From positions 31,279-95,278 of the forward strand of contig CAYPBK010000004.1 in the NCBI GenBank assembly GCA_964408955.1: 64,000 bases of DNA, given 5' to 3'. The notes beneath the pieces were generated by a model. The model worked only from the letters and a program-made list of their open reading frames with translations. It ran no database searches and had not been told where the DNA came from. Numbering within the stretch: the first letter of the stretch is position 1; every line of letters begins with the position of its first letter. Below, piece after piece: positions 58,185 through 64,000 of this stretch. This DNA is from an uncultured Clostridiaceae bacterium (lineage in GTDB: Bacteria > Bacillota > Clostridia > Lutisporales > Lutisporaceae). Made by a program: the position numbers and the translations under genes.

Positions 58185-59393
58185 ATGAATTTTTTTGAAA
58201 GCTTCAAATCTGCAATATACAGCGTAAAAGCCAATAAAATGCGTTCATTTCTCACTATGCTGGGAATTATAATAGGTATATCCTCTGTAATAACTATAGT
58301 ATCTATCGGTCAAGGCGGTAAGAAAGCCATAACGGGCCAGTTTGAAAATATTGGGATGGATATAATCAATATTAAAATAAAGACAAGAGGAGAGGAAATA
58401 GAAGGCAGAGACTTATTTACTATGGAAGATGCCAAAGCAATAAAAAATAAAATACCTGAGGTTACCCATGCCATGCCCTATATGGAAGGCTATTGCTATT
58501 TTAAGACTGAGGATTTAAAGAAAGAAGCTGCTGTGGGTGCAGTAACAGAGGATTTTACAAAGCTATTAAATTTAAAAATGCTTTCCGGAAGATTTTTAAA
58601 TGAAAGAGATATAGAAAGTGGTAAAAGCGTAATAGTCATAGATGATTTAACAGCAATAAAAATGTTCAACTCTATGGATGTTCTTGGAGAAAGGCTTAAA
58701 ATAAGCGCTGGGAATAGGGAGACAAATGCTGTCGTAATAGGTGTTTGTGAGAATAATGTGGGAGACCTTGCAGCTATGTTTGGTGATAATTATCCTTCTG
58801 TTGGTTATTTTCCATTGACTATTGCCGATAAGGTTCTGGGATATTCAAATATTTGGAATATATCTGTAGCAGTGGAGGACATATCAAAGGCAGAAGAAAT
58901 ATCGGCTAAAATCATAAGGCTTTTGGAACAGCTTCATCGGAACAAGGATAAGTACATTGCCGAGGAAGGATTTAAGGAAATGGATATGGTTAATGATATA
59001 ATGGATATATTTACAGGAGTATTAGGAGCTATTGCCGGAATTTCACTTCTGGTGGGGGGCATCGGCGTAATGAATATCATGCTGGTATCCGTAACGGAAA
59101 GAACCCGGGAAATAGGGATTAGAAAAGCCCTTGGTGCCAAGAACCGCGATATAATGATGCAGTTTCTTACTGAATCATTAATACTATGTCTTATCGGCGG
59201 GATTATCGGAATGTCCTTCGGTGTTGCCGCGGGGTATGTGGTAGGTAGGTTGATAAAAATCTCTATAGGGCTTTCCCCGAGCGTAATACTTGCAGCTTTT
59301 GGTTTTTCATCTGCCGTGGGGATATTCTTTGGTCTGTACCCTGCCAATAAGGCTGCGAAGCTGGATCCTATCGAAGCGTTAAGGTATGAATAA
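58185..59393 (+). CDS. MacB/FtsX-type ABC transporter permease (no adjacent ATPase)
   Basis: KANKMRSFLTMLGIIIGISSVI N-terminal TM, MacB periplasmic core domain, and C-terminal FtsX with TERTREIGIRKALGA. The ATG at 58185 follows AAGGAGA. Confidence 0.8.
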   Translation: MNFFESFKSAIYSVKANKMRSFLTMLGIIIGISSVITIVSIGQGGKKAITGQFENIGMDIINIKIKTRGEEIEGRDLFTMEDAKAIKNKIPEVTHAMPYMEGYCYFKTEDLKKEAAVGAVTEDFTKLLNLKMLSGRFLNERDIESGKSVIVIDDLTAIKMFNSMDVLGERLKISAGNRETNAVVIGVCENNVGDLAAMFGDNYPSVGYFPLTIADKVLGYSNIWNISVAVEDISKAEEISAKIIRLLEQLHRNKDKYIAEEGFKEMDMVNDIMDIFTGVLGAIAGISLLVGGIGVMNIMLVSVTERTREIGIRKALGAKNRDIMMQFLTESLILCLIGGIIGMSFGVAAGYVVGRLIKISIGLSPSVILAAFGFSSAVGIFFGLYPANKAAKLDPIEALRYE

Positions 59394-59479
59394 AAATTAT
59401 AAATAAAAAATTCTTTGATTTATTCTTAGATAAATGATTAAATGAAAATATAGAAAACACTATGAGAAAGGTTGATTAA

Positions 59480-60010
59480 ATGACAAGCTACAAAGGCAAA
59501 GCAGGCAACCTAAGAGGAACTCTACTGGTTACCTTAACTATAATTGCAATTATTGGATCAATTTTTTACTTTACAAAGAGAGGCGTCTTTGCTTGGTTTT
59601 TGATGATATGTCTGGCACTATTGATATCCTTGGTTTACAAAGGAATGGTATTAAAAATCAGCGTTGATGATAACAGGATAATTATCAGCAGACCTTTGAG
59701 CCGCCAAGTAATCAAATTAAAGGATGTAGCTTTTTGTGCCGTTCATGATATTGGAGAAGGTGAGTGCACGTTATATACCTTTATCAGAAGGAACCAAGGT
59801 AAGAATATAGGAATAACAGGTGTAAAATCAGAAAAGCCTTATGAAGAAATAATGGAAACTTTAAGGAAAGGCGGTAAGCTGGAAGGCGTGCAGATTAACT
59901 TTAATAAAGCTTCCAAAATCCCGATAGCCTTAGTGGAGAATAATAATGAATTAAAGGAAAAAATATTGGATCACGTGGATATACATCATTATAATGCAAC
60001 ATATTGCTAA
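59480..60010 (+). CDS. Membrane protein of unknown function (2 TM + small soluble domain)
   Basis: Hydrophobic helices at residues ~14-55. AAAGGTTG RBS-like sequence. No recognisable motif. Confidence 0.45.
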   Translation: MTSYKGKAGNLRGTLLVTLTIIAIIGSIFYFTKRGVFAWFLMICLALLISLVYKGMVLKISVDDNRIIISRPLSRQVIKLKDVAFCAVHDIGEGECTLYTFIRRNQGKNIGITGVKSEKPYEEIMETLRKGGKLEGVQINFNKASKIPIALVENNNELKEKILDHVDIHHYNATYC

Positions 60011-60025
60011 ACTTCCGTTAAAAAG

Positions 60026-60058
60026 CCCTGGGAATAAACTCAGGGTTTATTTTTTTTA
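60026..60058 (+). terminator. Rho-independent terminator
   Basis: Stem CCCTG, 10-nt loop, stem CAGGG, followed by TTTATTTTTTTT. Confidence 0.6.
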
Positions 60059-60180
60059 TCCAAAAATAAGCGTGGATTGTCTTGCCATAAGTTAACTTTT
60101 TTTAAGAAACAAAAACAAGGCTTTTTAAGTCGAATTATATGATATAATTAGTTATCATAAGGTAAAATGAGAGGTGCAAT

Positions 60181-61677
60181 ATGAGAATAAAAAAAGCAAT
60201 AATTATACTATTTACAGTACTATTTACAGCATCATTCTTAACAGGATGCATGCATGAGATTTTTTCAGAAAACCCCGGGCAAGAAGTTCAAGAAGAAGTA
60301 TATTCTGAGGATATGATTGAAGAAGAAGTTGAAGAAGAAAAGGAACCGGAAATAATAGAAGAGGTAATACCGGAGGTGCAGTTTCCAATTAATACGGTAT
60401 TTATCAAAGGGAGACTGCAAAACATCAGACAAGAGCCTGTAAAGGATGCGAAGGTTGTTGCAACTCTCAAAAAGGGACAAGCTGTTTCGGTTATTGCAGA
60501 GAGAAGAGACGAAAGCGAAATAAATTGGAGCATGATAAAGTTTATCAATGACAATGGTAAGAACGAAGAAGGTTGGCTGAAATCAGATGACACTGTAAAA
60601 GACTGGATGGAATTGATGAACGAGAAATATAAGGATATGGATTATAGTCCGCAAATTAAAATAGCTGACTATCATGAAAATCCAAGGGTTAAGGTCAGGG
60701 GAGTCTATGTAACAATATATTCCGCCGGCGGTAAAAGAATAGATGAATTAATAGAAATGTCAAAAAGAAGCGGCATAAACACTTTTGTAATAGATGTTAA
60801 AGAGGACAGGGGCTATATGCTTTTTAAATCAGAAGCGGCGGAAAAATTCAGCCCAAAGGCTAATGAACATGCTACAGTTAAGGATATCAAAGCATTAATG
60901 ACGAAATTGAAGGAAAACAATATCTACACTATTGCAAGGATAGTATCCTTTAAGGACCCCACCTATACCAGCCAAAACCCGGAAAAAGCGATAATATATA
61001 AGGATACGGGAAAACCTTTTACAAATAGTGACGGACTCATATGGGCATCTCCTCACGACAGGAATCTATGGGAATATAATATTGAAGTTTCCAAGGAAGC
61101 CGTGGAGGCTGGATTTAACGAAGTACAATTTGACTATGTTAGATTTCCTGCTTCTGACGGTGGTAAACTGGATCAGCATTTAGATTATAGAAATGAGACA
61201 GGGGAGTCAAAGCCGGCGACTATACAGAATTATTTAAAATATGCCAAGGAACAATTGGCACCTATGAGGGCTTATATAGCTGCGGATGTATACGGTCTTG
61301 TCGGATCCGTAGAGGACGACATGTCCTTGGGTCAATATTGGGAGGCAATAAGCAATATAGTGGATTATATTTGCCCTATGATGTATCCCAGTCACTACGC
61401 CAACAGGACATATGGAATACCAATACCTGACGCTGACCCCTACGGAACAGTATATAATTCTACTAAAGATTCTGTTGCTAAGAATAATAATCTAAAGACA
61501 CCGGCAATAATAAGACCATGGATACAAGACTTTACAGCCCCCTGGGTAAAGGGGTATATTAAATATGGAGAAAAGCAAGTGATGGAGCAAATTAAAGCTT
61601 TGGAAGAAAACGGCGTAGATGAGTTTATGCTGTGGAATCCGAATAACAGGTTTTCCGAGGGTGCAGTATTAAAGTGA
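60181..61677 (+). CDS. Lipoprotein with an SH3-like domain and a putative glycoside-hydrolase-like TIM barrel (DUF4015-like)
   Basis: Lipobox FLTGC, acidic linker and an SH3b-like segment (LQNIRQEPVKDAKVVATLKKGQAV). VRGVYVT...GINTFVIDVKED...VQFDYVRFP resembles DUF4015 from memory. Confidence 0.55.
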   Translation: MRIKKAIIILFTVLFTASFLTGCMHEIFSENPGQEVQEEVYSEDMIEEEVEEEKEPEIIEEVIPEVQFPINTVFIKGRLQNIRQEPVKDAKVVATLKKGQAVSVIAERRDESEINWSMIKFINDNGKNEEGWLKSDDTVKDWMELMNEKYKDMDYSPQIKIADYHENPRVKVRGVYVTIYSAGGKRIDELIEMSKRSGINTFVIDVKEDRGYMLFKSEAAEKFSPKANEHATVKDIKALMTKLKENNIYTIARIVSFKDPTYTSQNPEKAIIYKDTGKPFTNSDGLIWASPHDRNLWEYNIEVSKEAVEAGFNEVQFDYVRFPASDGGKLDQHLDYRNETGESKPATIQNYLKYAKEQLAPMRAYIAADVYGLVGSVEDDMSLGQYWEAISNIVDYICPMMYPSHYANRTYGIPIPDADPYGTVYNSTKDSVAKNNNLKTPAIIRPWIQDFTAPWVKGYIKYGEKQVMEQIKALEENGVDEFMLWNPNNRFSEGAVLK

Positions 61678-62168
61678 TAGGAGGTCATGTTTTGGGTTTT
61701 TATGCAAGAGTCTTTGCTATGGAGGAAGATTATCCTTCAAGATATGCAATTTGTGAAGAATTGCTGGAAGCAGGATTTGAGTTTTCGACATTTCCCGGGA
61801 AATATGATAGTGATTTTGACGAAAAGGACTGGAAGCATCTTATGCTTCAATATGACGAAAATAATGAACCTATAAGACTTGAACGGAATATAAAGGAAAG
61901 AGACTCAATACTTGAGGAAGAGCAAGAGGAGTTTTTAGAAGCGCTGGAGGAGTTGCCGGACAGCAAAGAAAAGAAAAAAGCCGTGGATATCATCAAAGGC
62001 ATAACACAAATCTATGCTTTTGATATAGAGGAGGACATAACAGAAAAAGGTTGGGAATTCTTAAACCACCTATTTGATTTTTTGTGCGATGCAACTGACG
62101 GTTATGTGCAAATAGATGATGAAGGCATATACGATAAAGAAGGTAAAATTTTAGTGGAAATGGAATAA
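61674..62168 (+). CDS. Acidic cytoplasmic protein of unknown function
   Basis: The ORF overlaps the upstream stop. The likely real start is TTG 61692, 7 nt after AGGAGG (61679-84), or ATG 61719. No motif recognised. Confidence 0.45.
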   Translation: MIGGHVLGFYARVFAMEEDYPSRYAICEELLEAGFEFSTFPGKYDSDFDEKDWKHLMLQYDENNEPIRLERNIKERDSILEEEQEEFLEALEELPDSKEKKKAVDIIKGITQIYAFDIEEDITEKGWEFLNHLFDFLCDATDGYVQIDDEGIYDKEGKILVEME

Positions 62169-62200
62169 GAATGCATAAAAGAGCATGAGGAGGGGTATTT

Positions 62201-62752
62201 ATGGGCAGACAATTTGATTATGATATTATGACGGAAATAAAAGAAAGATGGTCCATGAGAGCTTTTTCTGAAGAAAAGATAAGCAATGATGATATTATGT
62301 CAGTTTTAGAAGCCGCGAGATATGCCCCATCATGTTTTAATGAGCAGCCTTGGAGGTATATTATTGCAGATAATGAAGAAAGACTTATTAAAATGAGAGG
62401 TGTGTTGGCTGAATCTAATCAAATCTGGGCTAATGCGGCTCCGATTTTGATTGCTATTCTGGCTAAAAGAAACTTTGATTATAACGGCAAAAATAATTTT
62501 TGGCACATGTTTGACACCGGTACTGCTTGGGGATACCTATCCTTGGAAGCCCAAAGAAGAGGTCTTGCCACCCATGCCATGGGCGGCTTCAGTAGAAAAG
62601 CATTAAGAGAGGAATTTAATGTTTCTGATGATTATGAGATAATTTGTGTTGTGGCTTTAGGTAAGCCCGGTGATAAGGAAAAGCTGCCGGAAAGCTTAAA
62701 AGATAGGGAAAAACCAGATATAAGGAAAAGCATCAAAGAACTGTTACTATAA
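62201..62752 (+). CDS. Nitroreductase-family flavoprotein
   Basis: RWSMRAFSEEKISNDDIMSVLEAARYAPSCFNEQPWRYII is the canonical nitroreductase N-terminus. GAGGAGGGG RBS. Confidence 0.8.
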   Translation: MGRQFDYDIMTEIKERWSMRAFSEEKISNDDIMSVLEAARYAPSCFNEQPWRYIIADNEERLIKMRGVLAESNQIWANAAPILIAILAKRNFDYNGKNNFWHMFDTGTAWGYLSLEAQRRGLATHAMGGFSRKALREEFNVSDDYEIICVVALGKPGDKEKLPESLKDREKPDIRKSIKELLL

Positions 62753-62818
62753 CAATATCTGATAAAGAGGCTTTATATATTTTAATAATAAGCATAGGAA
62801 TATAAATTTAAAAAACTC

Positions 62819-62847
62819 TTGAAATAGTGAACAATTAATGGTAGAAT
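62819..62847 (+). promoter_or_regulatory. Sigma-A promoter of the T-box leader
   Basis: TTGAAA (62819-24), 17-nt spacer ending in TG-n, TAGAAT (62842-47). Confidence 0.65.
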
Positions 62848-62865
62848 GAATTTTAATAAATTCAA

Positions 62866-63250
62866 TGAAGGTTCAAAGTAAATCGGTAACAGCCTTTTAG
62901 GGAAAAGCTGTCATAGACTGCAAGCAGCTTTAGGATATGCCCGATTGAAGTTCGCTCCTGAGAAGCCGCCTGAAATATTATTAGGGTAGGCCGCAAATTC
63001 CCGGCGTTAACAAGGGTAAGGGTATCGGATTTGTCCCGTACTCTATGAGGCTGCTGTCTATTATTTAGACAAAAGGTGGTTTATGAAAATAACTTTTCAT
63101 TCCTTTTGGGGTGAAAGGTTTTTTTATTTCATATAGTATCGGTGGTATTCTTGTATCCCTAAAAAAGAGGACTTTAATGTCAAAATGGGTGGTACCGCGG
63201 AAATAGGTCGCTTTCGTCCCAAAGGAAAGCGGCTAATATTTTTTGGAGGT
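62866..63250 (+). ncRNA. T-box riboswitch leader (probable Phe specifier)
   Basis: K-turn-like AATGAAGG...CCTGAGAA. Stem I AAATCGG (62880-86) pairs with CCGATT (62941-46). AGGGA AG-box at 62899-903. The specifier loop GAAG-UUC-G has UUC at 62951-53. CGTTAA is F-box-like. The conserved T-box sequence is AATGGGTGGTACCGCG (GGGTGGTACCGCG = 63187-99). The terminator GTCGCTTTC/GAAAGCGGC is followed by a T-run, then the GGAGGTG RBS. Confidence 0.75.
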
Positions 63251-63255
63251 GCCTT

Positions 63256-64000
63256 ATGAAAACAATAATTCAAGAAAAATCAAGCTTAATTTGTCAAAAA
63301 CCAAAGGGTAGCTTATGTGACAATTGTCTTAACTGCATGGCAGTGAGGTCAGTTTTAGAGAGGGAGTCAAAAAGTGGTGAAGAAAATGAAGATGCAAGAA
63401 AGGAGTTAGAAGAAAAGCAAATTTTAAAGCTCAAGGACACTGTTCAGCTATTAAAAAACAAAGTACCTCATTATAAAAGGGTCCTTGGGGATGTAGAGGC
63501 AGAAGATATTAAGTCTGTAAAGGATATACAAAAGCTACCTTTTACAACAAAGGATGATTTAAGGGAAAACTATCCTTTTGGTTTGTTTGCAGTATCACAG
63601 AAAAACTTAGCCCGGATTCATGCCTCGTCGGGTACTACGGGTAAATCAACGGTAGTAGGTTATACCACCGGAGACATAGAATCTTGGGCGGAGATGGTTG
63701 CGGATGAACTGAGGCTAATTGGAGTTACTAAGGAAGATACCGTTCAAGTAGCTTATGGGTATGGTTTGTTCACAGGGGGATTGGGGCTTCATTACGGTGT
63801 GGAAAAGCTTGGAGCTACGGTTGTCCCTATTTCAGTAGGTAACACAACTAAACAGCTGCAGTTGATGGAGGATTTCGGTACTACTGTTTTAGCTTGCACG
63901 CCATCCTATGCTTTGCATCTTGCAGAAGCGGGCAGGGAACAAGGAATCAATTTTAATAAGCTTCCCATTAGGATAGGCATATTCGGCGCCGAGCCATGGA
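63256..64000 (+). CDS. Phenylacetate-CoA ligase (PaaK)-family adenylate-forming enzyme, 3'-truncated by the window edge
   Basis: [47 protein letters not shown] and [12 protein letters not shown] are PaaK-family motifs. A ~45-aa N-terminal Cys-containing extension ([15 protein letters not shown]) is present. Confidence 0.8.
   Translation, partial: MKTIIQEKSSLICQKPKGSLCDNCLNCMAVRSVLERESKSGEENEDARKELEEKQILKLKDTVQLLKNKVPHYKRVLGDVEAEDIKSVKDIQKLPFTTKDDLRENYPFGLFAVSQKNLARIHASSGTTGKSTVVGYTTGDIESWAEMVADELRLIGVTKEDTVQVAYGYGLFTGGLGLHYGVEKLGATVVPISVGNTTKQLQLMEDFGTTVLACTPSYALHLAEAGREQGINFNKLPIRIGIFGAEPW

Noticed and set aside
63083-63127. Reading the internal hairpin + U7 in the T-box leader as evidence for two tandem riboswitches
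   Set aside because: Only one Stem I/specifier region and one T-box/antiterminator sequence are present. The extra hairpin is better treated as an insertion within a single leader (see the mini-ORF finding).
1-64000. Scan for CRISPR arrays, rRNA/tRNA genes, IS transposases, integrases and phage genes
   Set aside because: No regularly spaced short repeats, no cloverleaf-like or rRNA-like GC-rich blocks, and no transposase- or integrase-like ORFs were seen. The only dispersed repeats are the paralog duplications and the short promoter/hairpin element reported above.

Overview
This is a low-GC (about one-third G+C by eye) Clostridia-like chromosomal window, densely coding, with no rRNA, tRNA, CRISPR array or transposase that I could detect. 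Recognisable housekeeping genes are addB/addA (9.0-16.3 kb), ftsH, a YaaH/SleL-like LysM-GH18 spore enzyme, a two-component system and several SLH/Ig-type surface proteins.

The accessory content is mainly anaerobic catabolism.
(1) An orphan glycyl-radical enzyme (GRE) with activase and a GntR regulator lies at 16.3-20.3 kb; its substrate cannot be assigned.
(2) Next to it, at 21.3-30.1 kb, is a cyclic-ureide cluster: NCS1 permease, hydantoin/allantoin-type racemase, hydantoinase/dihydropyrimidinase-type amidohydrolase, a stand-alone PyrB-like carbamoyltransferase, threonine aldolase, pyroglutamyl peptidase, a TauE-family exporter and a CdaR/PucR regulator. No N-carbamoylase is present. I read this as a candidate undescribed phosphorolytic (carbamoyl-phosphate-yielding) ureide pathway.
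(3) A second GRE system at 42.1-46.6 kb matches trans-4-hydroxy-L-proline dehydratase (HypD). It has an M24 prolidase upstream and an unusually GC-rich structured leader.
(4) A sigma-54 activator, a textbook -24/-12 promoter and a tryptophanase-family lyase sit at 52.3-55.4 kb.
(5) A T-box leader with a probable Phe specifier lies in front of a PaaK-like phenylacetate-CoA ligase at 62.8-64.0 kb.

Other points of interest:
- Two pairs of near-identical segmental duplications create cassette-like surface-protein paralogs (5.4-8.8 kb and 47.1-50.9 kb).
- The second pair brackets a small toxin-antitoxin islet (orphan HicB, HEPN/MNT), which is followed by an untracked Hol-Tox-like type I toxin mini-ORF.
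- An untracked 31-codon hydrophobic ORF has its own promoter, RBS and terminator.

All functional calls come from motif recognition by eye; no database search was run.
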